From Candidatus Fermentibacterota bacterium (GTDB lineage Bacteria > JAFGKV01), in contig JAFGKV010000045.1 in the NCBI GenBank assembly GCA_016928395.1, positions 1 to 34,141 on the forward strand: a stretch of 34,141 nt of DNA, read 5' to 3'. This document shows, one piece after another, positions 7,995-16,231 of the stretch. How positions within the stretch are numbered: the stretch's first letter is position 1; every line of letters begins with the position of its first letter. The translations under genes were made by a program, and so were the position numbers. The notes under the pieces were generated by a model. That model was not told the DNA's origin. It made no database searches and was given only the letters and a program-made list of their open reading frames with translations.

Positions 7995-9386
7995 ATGTCT
8001 ACGACACTCACCATAGACCCAGTCACCAGGATAGAGGGTCATGCGAAGATACTCCTCGACCTCGACGACCAGGGTGTGGTCCAGCACGGCCACCTTCAGG
8101 TGCTGGAAATCCGGGGTTTCGAGAAGCTGCTGGAAAAGATGGAGTTGTTCCGGATGCCGCAAGTCACCGGGAGGATTTGCGGTGTCTGTCCTGCGGCCCA
8201 CCACCTGGCCTCGGTAGCGGCCATAGAGGCCGGACTGGGCGTCGAGATTCCTGAGGCCGCCGGGATGCTCCGTGAGCTCCTCTACGTAGGCCACATACTC
8301 CATTCTCACGCCTTGAGCACCTTCGTCTTGCTTGGCCCAGATGTTGTGCTGGGAATCGATTCCGACCCGGCCACACGGAATATCTTCGGGATTTTGAAGG
8401 CACATCCCGAGGTGGCGAAGAAGGCCCTCAAGCTGCGGAGCATCGGCCAGCGAACGGTCGAAGTGGTCGGCGGCCGCGGCGTTCATCCCGTCGCCGCCAT
8501 ACCCGGTGGCATGGCCGGCGTGCCTTCCGAGGAACAATGGTCCCAAATGGCCGAGTGGGGCCAGGAGGCGATGACGCTGGTGGCGGACCTTGCTGACGCT
8601 CTGAGAAGCAAGCTGAGTGCGCTCGACGATGCCGCCGCCGCGTCGATGCTGCCCTTCCACAGCCTCGCGCTGTCCCGCGGAGGAACCGTGGACTTCCTTC
8701 AAGGTGATATCGTGGTGGTCGATGAGAACGGTGGAGAAGAACGGCGATTCCCGCCGGCGGACTACGCTGCCCACCTTGTGGAGCATGTGATGCCGGGATC
8801 CTACATGAAGGCAGTCGCCCTGCGGGGAAGGCCCGAGAAGGACTATCTTGTAGGTCCATTGGCCCGTCTCAATGTGAATGCGCACTTTTCGACGCCCAAG
8901 GCCGATGCGCTGCTGCAGGAGTACCGGCAGCGCCTCGGCATCGCTCGATCCCCTCTCCCGTACATCGAAGCACGGCTGCTGGAGATGATGCACTGTGCCG
9001 AACGAATGATCGCCCTGACTTCAGGTCCACGGCCTACATCACCGCCTCGTATCAGCGTACAGCCCGCTGAAGGTCACTATGTGAGCGCCATTGAGGCGCC
9101 CAGAGGCCTTCTGGTGCACGACTATACTGCTGACAAGGACGGCAGAATCGTGCGTGCTAATCTCATCGTAGCCACGCAGAACAACTACCGCGCCATCGAT
9201 GCGAGTATCACCTCCCTGGCGCGTCACTTCAAACCTCAAGGCGACGAAGCGTTGAAGAACGGGATGGAGTTCGCCCTTCGCTGCTTCGATCCCTGCCTTG
9301 CCTGTGCCACCCACGCAGCGGGCCGCATGCCCCTGGAAATCGTGGAACGGCAGAACGGCGCCACGATTCGACTCATTAGGAGGTAA
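7995..9386 (+). CDS. mvhA: [NiFe]-hydrogenase large subunit, group 3c (MvhA-like)
   Basis: IDPVTRIEGH, EIRGFEK, L1 RICGVCPAAH, EAPRG, L2 FDPCLACATH plus a cleavable C-terminal extension; GAGGAG RBS before ATG 7995. Confidence 0.92.
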   Translation: MSTTLTIDPVTRIEGHAKILLDLDDQGVVQHGHLQVLEIRGFEKLLEKMELFRMPQVTGRICGVCPAAHHLASVAAIEAGLGVEIPEAAGMLRELLYVGHILHSHALSTFVLLGPDVVLGIDSDPATRNIFGILKAHPEVAKKALKLRSIGQRTVEVVGGRGVHPVAAIPGGMAGVPSEEQWSQMAEWGQEAMTLVADLADALRSKLSALDDAAAASMLPFHSLALSRGGTVDFLQGDIVVVDENGGEERRFPPADYAAHLVEHVMPGSYMKAVALRGRPEKDYLVGPLARLNVNAHFSTPKADALLQEYRQRLGIARSPLPYIEARLLEMMHCAERMIALTSGPRPTSPPRISVQPAEGHYVSAIEAPRGLLVHDYTADKDGRIVRANLIVATQNNYRAIDASITSLARHFKPQGDEALKNGMEFALRCFDPCLACATHAAGRMPLEIVERQNGATIRLIRR

Positions 9387-9390
9387 GGCC

Positions 9391-10113
9391 ATGGTGACCA
9401 TCAGGGTTGACGAGAAGGCATGCGTCGGCTGCGCGCTCTGTGTCGACGAATGCCCCACCGATGTCTTCACCTTCGATGAAAAGAAGCGCCTGCCGGTGGT
9501 GGAGAAGCCAGAGATGTGTTTCGGATGCCTGAGTTGCTCAAAGATCTGCCCGGCCGATGCCATCGAGCACGAAGGCATCAAGGTGAGCACGAACTTCTAC
9601 CACGATGCCTATGCACTCAACATGGCAGCCAAACTCGGCTTGGCCGAAGAACTGGAGACCGGTGTCACCAGTGAGGAAGCTGACCGAAAGCGAGCCGTCG
9701 ATGACCTAGGAATCAGGCTGCTGTCCATTGCCTCGGTGCTCAGGCAGACTTTAGGCAACGCACTTCCGGCCGTGGGAAGGATGGCCGGCACGACCTTGGC
9801 TGCCCAGCTTCCCCGCTACCAGATGCCGGCGTCGTTCGACGAGGCGATACAGGTCGTGCGCGATTCCCTCAATCCCGCATGGATCATCGGCGAAACGACG
9901 CGAAGCAATGAATCGCTGAAGCTCAAGGTCGAAGGGTGCTTTGTCCGCGACCTCTGCAAAAAAGAAGGCCTGGAACTCGGTGGGGATCTGTGTATCCTCT
10001 TCGGGACCTATCTGCTGGGGTACTTGGGCAAAGTGACCAAGTCGCGACTCAGGCTGATGAACACGGCGCAAGGCTGGAAGGAATGCACGTACGATCTCGA
10101 AGTCCACACCTGA
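9391..10113 (+). CDS. 2x[4Fe-4S] ferredoxin domain fused to a V4R/MetOD-like domain
   Basis: CVGCALCVDECP and CFGCLSCSKICP; C-terminal KVEGCFVRDLC..DLCILFG..GWKECTYDL; AGGAGGT RBS before ATG 9391. Confidence 0.82.
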   Translation: MVTIRVDEKACVGCALCVDECPTDVFTFDEKKRLPVVEKPEMCFGCLSCSKICPADAIEHEGIKVSTNFYHDAYALNMAAKLGLAEELETGVTSEEADRKRAVDDLGIRLLSIASVLRQTLGNALPAVGRMAGTTLAAQLPRYQMPASFDEAIQVVRDSLNPAWIIGETTRSNESLKLKVEGCFVRDLCKKEGLELGGDLCILFGTYLLGYLGKVTKSRLRLMNTAQGWKECTYDLEVHT

Positions 10114-10135
10114 AAGGCCTCCCCATTACCGCGTT

Positions 10136-10603
10136 GTGATCGCCAGCGCGGGCAATCGCCTTCTGGGCGATGACGGAGTGGGGCACGTAGTGCTCGAAAG
10201 CCTCCGCGCCCACTCCCCATGGGACGGGCGCGTGGGCTTTCTCCCATTGGAGGGAGACCTGTTCGAACTGGCCGACTGGGTTGAGAAGGCTGACCATCTC
10301 ATTATACTCGATGCCATCGCCGGCGAGCCGGTGGGACAGATCGACAGGACTGCGAGGCAACTGAGGCCCCAGGCCCCCTCGTTTCACCAGACCGACGTCG
10401 CCACGGTCTTGTGGCACCTCGAGGCGGTCCTTGGGATTGAAAAGGTCGCCCTCTGGGAAATCTGGGGCATACGCATCGCCATGCCCACGCGCTTCTCCGA
10501 GCATCTTAGCCCATTCGTGGCACAGGCTGCGGTTCATCTGGAGCACATAGTGACTGCACGGGTGCATCAGATCCTCGATGCCCACACAGCCACCTCCGAC
10601 TGA
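10136..10603 (+). CDS. Hydrogenase maturation endopeptidase (HycI/HybD family)
   Basis: GNRLLGDDGVG, LIILDAI, SFHQ, LSPFV; last gene of the hydrogenase operon. Confidence 0.88.
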   Translation: MIASAGNRLLGDDGVGHVVLESLRAHSPWDGRVGFLPLEGDLFELADWVEKADHLIILDAIAGEPVGQIDRTARQLRPQAPSFHQTDVATVLWHLEAVLGIEKVALWEIWGIRIAMPTRFSEHLSPFVAQAAVHLEHIVTARVHQILDAHTATSD

Positions 10604-10639
10604 GAACGACCGGCTCTCAGAGACAATGGAGGCTCTGGT

Positions 10640-10673
10640 GGGCGGGCAAGGGGGTTTTCCCTTGCGCCTGCTC
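10640..10673 (+). terminator. GC-rich hairpin after the hydrogenase operon, possible terminator
   Basis: GGGCGGGCAAGGG-loop-CCCTTGCGCCTGCTC; no U-tract follows. Confidence 0.3.
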
Positions 10674-10720
10674 TGCCAAATGGGTACTTAGCGGGCGTCT
10701 TCCCCTTCCTGAGGTTACGC

Positions 10721-12649
10721 ATGAGACAGAAGCTCAAGCTAAAAGAGCAGACAGCTCTCAAGCGCTGGTCGGTGGACCAGGCTCGAGAGCTGTACGGGTT
10801 GCAGAGCTGGGGCAAAGGATTCTTCGACATCAATGGACGCGGCAACCTCATCGTGCGTCCTCACAAGAGCCCAGACTGCTACCTTGACATCAAGGAACTC
10901 GTCGACGAGCTGCGTATGCGAGATATCACGCCGCCTATACTCCTGCGCTTCACCGACATCCTCAGACAGCGGATTGAGGAGATTCAGGCATCGTTTCAGC
11001 ACGCCATCGACGAGTACGGCTACAAAGGCGCGTACATCGGCGTGTATCCGGTAAAAGTGAATCAGAGCAAGGAGGTCGTCGAAGACATCATTGAGTTTGG
11101 CAAGCCCTACGGCTTCGGCCTGGAGGCTGGCAGCAAGCCCGAGTTGCTCATCGCCGTCGCGTCGCTGGACACCCCGGGGGCACCCATCGTGTGTAACGGC
11201 TACAAGGATGCCGAGTTCGTGGAAATCGCGTTGTGGGCCCAGAAACTGGGCAGGACGGCAATCGTCGTGGTCGAAAAGCCGTCGGAGCTCGACATCGTGG
11301 TTCGCGTGGCCCACCGGCTCAAAGTACGGCCAGTTATCGGGATCCGGGCCAAGCTGGCTGCCAGGGGAAGGGGAAAGTGGGAGAGTTCGGGCGGTGATCG
11401 CTCCAAGTTCGGCCTGTTCCCTTCGGAAATCCTTGACGCCATCCAAAAGCTGGAGCGAATCGGCATGCTGGACTGCCTCCAGCTCCTGCACTTTCACCTC
11501 GGATCCCAGATCACGGCCATCCAGAGCATCAAAGATGCCCTACGGGAGAGCACGCGGCTGTTCGCCGAGATGGTCCGCCTCGGCGCGAACATCCGATACT
11601 TCGATGTGGGCGGCGGCCTGGCGGTAGACTATGACGGGAGCATGACCAACTTCTCATCCAGCGCCAACTACACACTGCAGGAATATGCCGCGGACGTGGT
11701 ATCTGCCATTGCCGAAACCTGCGCGGAACATGAGATCCCGCATCCGATCATCATAAGCGAGAGCGGCCGTGCCCTGGTCGCCTATCATTCGGCCTTGGTG
11801 TTCAATGTCCTGGGAACAAGCGAATTCAGCACGGCCACCGCGATACCGGAAATGCCTGCCGATGCGCCCGAGCCCGTGACAACGCTCCTGGAGATTCTGC
11901 AGAAGCTGTCGGTCAAGAACTTTCAGGAATCGTATCATGATGCGATTCAGGCACGAGATGAGGTACTCACACTCTTCAATGTCGGATTGCTGACCCTGGA
12001 AGCCCGTGCCACGGCGGAGCGCCTGTTCTGGCTCATTTGCTTCGGCATAGCCAAAGTCGTCAGAGGATTGGACTATGTGCCCGACGAGTTGGAACACCTG
12101 GACTCCTTCGTTTCGGATACCTACTACGGCAACCTCTCGGTCTTCCAGAGCCTCCCGGATCACTGGGCCGTCAAGCAGCTCTTCCCCATCGTACCCATTC
12201 ACCGCCACCAGGAGCGGCCGACGCGCAAGGCGACCTTTGCCGACATTACCTGCGATTCCGACGGAAAGATCGACCAGTTCATCGACCTTCGCGATGTGCG
12301 CAACACCATTGACCTGCATGAATTGCGGCGAGACCCCTACTACATCGGTGTATTTCTGGTGGGCGCCTATCAGGAGGTCTTGGGGGATCTCCACAATCTT
12401 TTTGGCGACACTCATACCGTGCACGTGAGCATCACGGGGAAGAACACCTATCGCATCGACAAGATCGTGGAAGGCGACAGCGTGCGTGATGCCTTGGCCT
12501 ATATGCAGTATCAGAAGCGCGACATGATGACCATGTTCCGGCGATCCATCGAGGAGAGTATCGAGCGCAAGAGGATCACGATCAAAGAGAGCGCCCGGAT
12601 CCAGAAATTTCTGGAGGATGGGCTCGAAGGCTACACCTATCTGGAGTAG
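10721..12649 (+). CDS. speA: Biosynthetic arginine decarboxylase
   Basis: VYPVKVNQ (PLP lysine), GLEAGSKPEL, SGGDRSKFGL, HFHLGSQI, DVGGGL, ESGRA, DITCDSDGKID, GAYQEVLGDLHNLFG. Confidence 0.96.
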   Translation: MRQKLKLKEQTALKRWSVDQARELYGLQSWGKGFFDINGRGNLIVRPHKSPDCYLDIKELVDELRMRDITPPILLRFTDILRQRIEEIQASFQHAIDEYGYKGAYIGVYPVKVNQSKEVVEDIIEFGKPYGFGLEAGSKPELLIAVASLDTPGAPIVCNGYKDAEFVEIALWAQKLGRTAIVVVEKPSELDIVVRVAHRLKVRPVIGIRAKLAARGRGKWESSGGDRSKFGLFPSEILDAIQKLERIGMLDCLQLLHFHLGSQITAIQSIKDALRESTRLFAEMVRLGANIRYFDVGGGLAVDYDGSMTNFSSSANYTLQEYAADVVSAIAETCAEHEIPHPIIISESGRALVAYHSALVFNVLGTSEFSTATAIPEMPADAPEPVTTLLEILQKLSVKNFQESYHDAIQARDEVLTLFNVGLLTLEARATAERLFWLICFGIAKVVRGLDYVPDELEHLDSFVSDTYYGNLSVFQSLPDHWAVKQLFPIVPIHRHQERPTRKATFADITCDSDGKIDQFIDLRDVRNTIDLHELRRDPYYIGVFLVGAYQEVLGDLHNLFGDTHTVHVSITGKNTYRIDKIVEGDSVRDALAYMQYQKRDMMTMFRRSIEESIERKRITIKESARIQKFLEDGLEGYTYLE

Positions 12650-13562
12650 GTGTCCGCGTCCCAATCAGGAGGCCGACGCGGGCCGCGAGGCGCGCATTGC
12701 TCACAAGAAGGCCCCGGTTCAGTTCCACCGATCGCGGTCCCAGACGCTCCTGTACGGCAGCAAGGTGGGCAGGCGTGGTTGACGGCCCGTGAGACGGGGT
12801 CTCCAGCGCGAAGCGAACCGCCTCTTCCACCGTGTGCCGGTCGTATGCCATTTCGGCCGGGGGCGGGTTCAAGAGCAGCACCGCTGCTGGGCTACCCGCG
12901 GCGCGGGCCGCATGCCAGACGGACGTGACCTCCTCAGGGGAATCGACCCGGTGTTCCAATGAGAGACCGGTAGAACATGTGTAGAACGCGGGGACTTCGG
13001 AGGTCCTATAGCCCAGCACTATCACGCCCAGCGTCTCCAAAACCTCCATGGTCGCCGCCATGTCCAGCAGTGATTTCGCCCCCGAACAGACCACTACCAT
13101 GGGCAATCGCGCCAGGCACCCAAGGTCTCCCGAGATATCCCATCCCCCGCCCCGGTGCACACCGCCGATCCCGCCGGTGGCAAGGGTAAGGACGCCGCGA
13201 TGGTGCGCCAGCAGCATGGCTGCCCCTGCGGTGGTGGCGGCCCACCGGCCCAAAGCTATGGCGCCGGGGAGAGTTGCGGGAGTCACTTTGTCGGGCTTTG
13301 CAGCAATAAGCCTCTTCAGGTCACCTGTTGACACGCCGACTGTGGGCTTCCCTCCCAGCACGGCGCATGCGGCCGGCTCGGCGCCTTCCTCCCGGATTGC
13401 CCGGGCCATATCCTCGAAGCAAGGCACCGCCTGATCGGGAGGAAGGCCGTGGGTGAAGACCACCGTCTCCAGACCGACAACGGCCTCCCGGTGCACCGCT
13501 CTGTGACCTGCATCGAGCCTTTGTGCGCGGGGATCCAGCGTGAGCTGTTGCGATTCGCTCAT
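12582..13562 (-). CDS. psuG: Pseudouridine-5'-phosphate glycosidase (IndA/PsuG family)
   Basis: VGLETVVFTHGLP, ATTAGAAM, ATGGIGGVHRG, DISGDL, VCSGAKSLLD, TMEVLETLGV, NARLAA. Confidence 0.9.
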   Translation of the reverse strand: MSESQQLTLDPRAQRLDAGHRAVHREAVVGLETVVFTHGLPPDQAVPCFEDMARAIREEGAEPAACAVLGGKPTVGVSTGDLKRLIAAKPDKVTPATLPGAIALGRWAATTAGAAMLLAHHRGVLTLATGGIGGVHRGGGWDISGDLGCLARLPMVVVCSGAKSLLDMAATMEVLETLGVIVLGYRTSEVPAFYTCSTGLSLEHRVDSPEEVTSVWHAARAAGSPAAVLLLNPPPAEMAYDRHTVEEAVRFALETPSHGPSTTPAHLAAVQERLGPRSVELNRGLLVSNARLAARVGLLIGTRTPTPDRCSLRAHPPEISGSGRSL

Positions 13563-13661
13563 GGTCTAGGTTTCTTCGCTTTCCTATTCGAGTAGTGCAT
13601 TCTCGGTGCATGTTACTCGATTTGGCCTCACTTGCCTACCTCGCTCACTCAGGAAACGCGG

Positions 13662-13850
13662 ATGACTCCATCACGACGATCACTGGCTCTGGCGGGAACA
13701 AACATGCTGGCCTCGGTGCTCATCGGTTCCTTCCTTGGGAGAGCCCTCGATGCTCGCTGGCACAGCGAGCCGTGGTGCTTCGTGGGCGGGTTTGTCCTGG
13801 GAGCTTCGGCGGGGTTCTGGGAACTGTACCGCATCGCGCGAGGGACATAG
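13662..13850 (+). CDS. atpZ: AtpZ/ATPase_gene1 family small membrane protein
   Basis: IGSFLGRALDARWHSEPW..GFVLGASAGFWELYR; first gene of the atp operon. Confidence 0.75.
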   Translation: MTPSRRSLALAGTNMLASVLIGSFLGRALDARWHSEPWCFVGGFVLGASAGFWELYRIARGT

Positions 13851-13853
13851 GCG

Positions 13854-14114
13854 GTGTGCACCATGGTCTCTGCGGCAATGGGGGCGGCACTGGGAGTGGT
13901 GCATGCCTCGCTGGCACTGAGCCCCGTAGCGGAGTCTCCCTTTCGGCTTGAGCCGCAACGCATGGCATGGAGGTTTGTCGCGCGTTTGTGTGCCGTAGCC
14001 CTGATTCTGGGAGGCCTCATCGCGTCAGGGGCGAATCCGCCGGCCCTCGCCATCGCCCTCGTGACGGGCTTTTACATCCGGGCCGCGTGGCTGGTGTGGG
14101 GCGTCTTCAGATGA
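13854..14114 (+). CDS. atpI: ATP synthase accessory membrane protein (AtpI/AtpR-like)
   Basis: Hydrophobic protein of ~85 aa with RFVARL..ALVTGFYIR; ATGA overlap with atpB. Confidence 0.6.
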   Translation: MCTMVSAAMGAALGVVHASLALSPVAESPFRLEPQRMAWRFVARLCAVALILGGLIASGANPPALAIALVTGFYIRAAWLVWGVFR

Positions 14115-14857
14115 GATCCCTCGTCGACCCTATAGACCACCTGCAGCTTCACTCCCTGCTCCAGCTCAGTGTCGCGGGAGTACGGCTAGACATCACCCAG
14201 GCGGTGCTTTTCATGTGGATCGGGTGCGGCGTGTTGGTGACGATGTTTCTCCTGGCCTCCCGGCAGACAGCCGTTGTGCCCCGCGGCATGCGGGTCGTTC
14301 TGGAGGTGCTTTTGCTGTTCATCCGCGAGGATATCGTCAAGCGCACCATGGGGATCCACGGTATCCGCTACTTTCCCGTCATCGCCACCCTGTTCTTCTT
14401 CATTCTGGTGTGCAACTGGGTGGGTCTCGTTCCGCTGCCGCGATCCTACACCGCCACCAGCAATATCAGCGTAACCGCGGCATTGGCCTTGTTCGTGTTT
14501 GTGCTGGTTCAGGTGGAAGGGGTACGCATCAAGGGCATCCGCGGGTACCTCCGCGGCTTCATCCCTGAAGGCGTGCCGTCGATGCTGCTGCCGCTCATGG
14601 TGCCCATCGAGATCATCAGCTTGGTGGCGCGGCCGTTTAGCCTCGCCATCCGTCTCTTTGCCAACATGCTTGCCGGGCACATCCTGATTCTGGTATTCAT
14701 CGGCATGGCGACCACGGGATTCTGGCTCTTGAAAGCGGTGCCTCTGCTGGGAGCCGCAGTCATGTCGCTATTCGAGATCTTCGTGGGCCTCGTGCAAGCC
14801 TACATATTCTCCATGCTCACGGCCATCTACCTGTCTGAGGCAGTGGGTGAGAGTTAA
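14111..14857 (+). CDS. atpB: F0 subunit a
   Basis: ATSNISVT, PIEIIS..RPFSLAIRLFANMLAGH, EIFVGLVQAYIFSMLTAIYL. Confidence 0.95.
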   Translation: MRSLVDPIDHLQLHSLLQLSVAGVRLDITQAVLFMWIGCGVLVTMFLLASRQTAVVPRGMRVVLEVLLLFIREDIVKRTMGIHGIRYFPVIATLFFFILVCNWVGLVPLPRSYTATSNISVTAALALFVFVLVQVEGVRIKGIRGYLRGFIPEGVPSMLLPLMVPIEIISLVARPFSLAIRLFANMLAGHILILVFIGMATTGFWLLKAVPLLGAAVMSLFEIFVGLVQAYIFSMLTAIYLSEAVGES

Positions 14858-14874
14858 TCCAAGGGAGGATTTGC

Positions 14875-15105
14875 GTGGATAGCGTTGCAATGGCCTGGCT
14901 CGGTTCAGGGCTGGCCATAGGTTTGGCGGCCATGGGCACCGGCTTCGGCATGGGGTTTATGGTCGGGAAGGGTTTAGAGGGTGTGTCGCGGCAGCCAGAG
15001 GCGGCCGGTGCGATTCAACGCCTCATGGTCATGGGAATCGCCTTTGTGGAGGCACTGGCGCTCTATGCGTTGGTCATTGCCCTGTTTTTGGCATTCAAGG
15101 CATAA
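14875..15105 (+). CDS. atpE: F0 subunit c (H+-type)
   Basis: GxGxGxG helix, RQPEA loop, FVEALALY; GGAGG RBS. Confidence 0.96.
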   Translation: MDSVAMAWLGSGLAIGLAAMGTGFGMGFMVGKGLEGVSRQPEAAGAIQRLMVMGIAFVEALALYALVIALFLAFKA

Positions 15106-15108
15106 GTC

Positions 15109-15672
15109 GTGGCGATGCTCCCGCTCCCGTTGATCAGCCCGGTGCTGGCCGCGGGCGACAGCACCGTGTCAGGCCAGGGGCTCCTGAAGCTGGACGTTGG
15201 ACTCATGATCTGGACATGGGTCAGCTTCTTCGTGGTGCTCTACGTGCTCAGCCGGTATGCCTACAAGCCCATGCTGGCCTTGGTTCGCCAACGGGAGAAA
15301 CGCATCCAGGAAACACTCGCCAAGGCGGAGGACGCTCGTCTCCGTGCCGAAGCGGTCGCAGCCGAGCGCGAGCGTGTGCTGAAGCATGCCCAGGAGGAGG
15401 CGCAGAAGGTGGTGGACGCGGCCCGAGAAGCCGCCGAGGCCCAGGGGAGGCGCATCGTGGACGAAGCGCGGCAGGATGCGTCCCGGATTGTGAAACACGC
15501 CGAGGAGGAACTCGATAGGCAGCGCCGAAACGCCATGGCTGAGCTGGGAGAAACCGTTGCTGATCTTGCGGTGGAGGCTGCATCCCGGATTCTACACCAT
15601 GAGCTTGATCGCTCCGCGCATCGCGCCCTCATCGACAGTGTCATTGAGGAGTTGGAGCAGAAGAGTGGATAA
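15109..15672 (+). CDS. atpF: F0 subunit b
   Basis: GLMIWTWVSFFVVLYVLSRYAYKPM transmembrane helix, REKRI, coiled coil. Confidence 0.93.
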   Translation: MAMLPLPLISPVLAAGDSTVSGQGLLKLDVGLMIWTWVSFFVVLYVLSRYAYKPMLALVRQREKRIQETLAKAEDARLRAEAVAAERERVLKHAQEEAQKVVDAAREAAEAQGRRIVDEARQDASRIVKHAEEELDRQRRNAMAELGETVADLAVEAASRILHHELDRSAHRALIDSVIEELEQKSG

Positions 15673-16231
15673 CCTCTCGCTGGCCGGGGGGTATGCGGGT
15701 GCGCTGCTTTCGCTGGCGCGGTCGCGACGAGCCACGGAGGCTGTGGAAGCCGAGCTACGGGTCGTAGGCCAATTGCTGAAACGTGATCAGGGCGTCCGCC
15801 GCTCCCTGAGAGATCCCGAATTTCCTGAAGATGCCCGCATACAGGGTCTGCGGCACGCCTTGGGCGATTTGGTCAGCGACGTGGTCACGGGGCACCTAAT
15901 CATGATGATTCAGCAGGGTCACGGGCATCTCATCGGCTCGATGATCGATCTCTACCTGAACGAAGCATCTGCTACGAAGGAGAGCATTACTGCGGAGGTG
16001 CATGCCGCGATCCCGCTGGACGAGAATCAGATTTCCCGGCTGGAGAGGGCACTCTCGAAAAGGTTCAGCAGGCCCGTCCGCGTCCAAGGAATGGTCGACC
16101 CCTCTGCCGAGGGTGGGTTGCTCATCAAGGCCGGCAATGAACTCATTGACGCCAGTGTGCGAACCCGGCTGAACCACCTACGCACCGCCATGCGCCGTCA
16201 TCTGGGGGCTCTGGCAACACCCGATGCCTGA
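15665..16231 (+). CDS. atpH: F1 subunit delta
   Basis: YAGALL, AEVHAAIPL, VDPSAEGGLLIKAGNELIDASVRTRL; start placed at GTG 15665. Confidence 0.9.
   Translation: MDNLSLAGGYAGALLSLARSRRATEAVEAELRVVGQLLKRDQGVRRSLRDPEFPEDARIQGLRHALGDLVSDVVTGHLIMMIQQGHGHLIGSMIDLYLNEASATKESITAEVHAAIPLDENQISRLERALSKRFSRPVRVQGMVDPSAEGGLLIKAGNELIDASVRTRLNHLRTAMRRHLGALATPDA

Noticed and set aside
9285-9315. [NiFeSe] hydrogenase or selenocysteine recoding
   Set aside because: L2 is DPCLAC, encoded by ordinary cysteine codons; there is no in-frame TGA.
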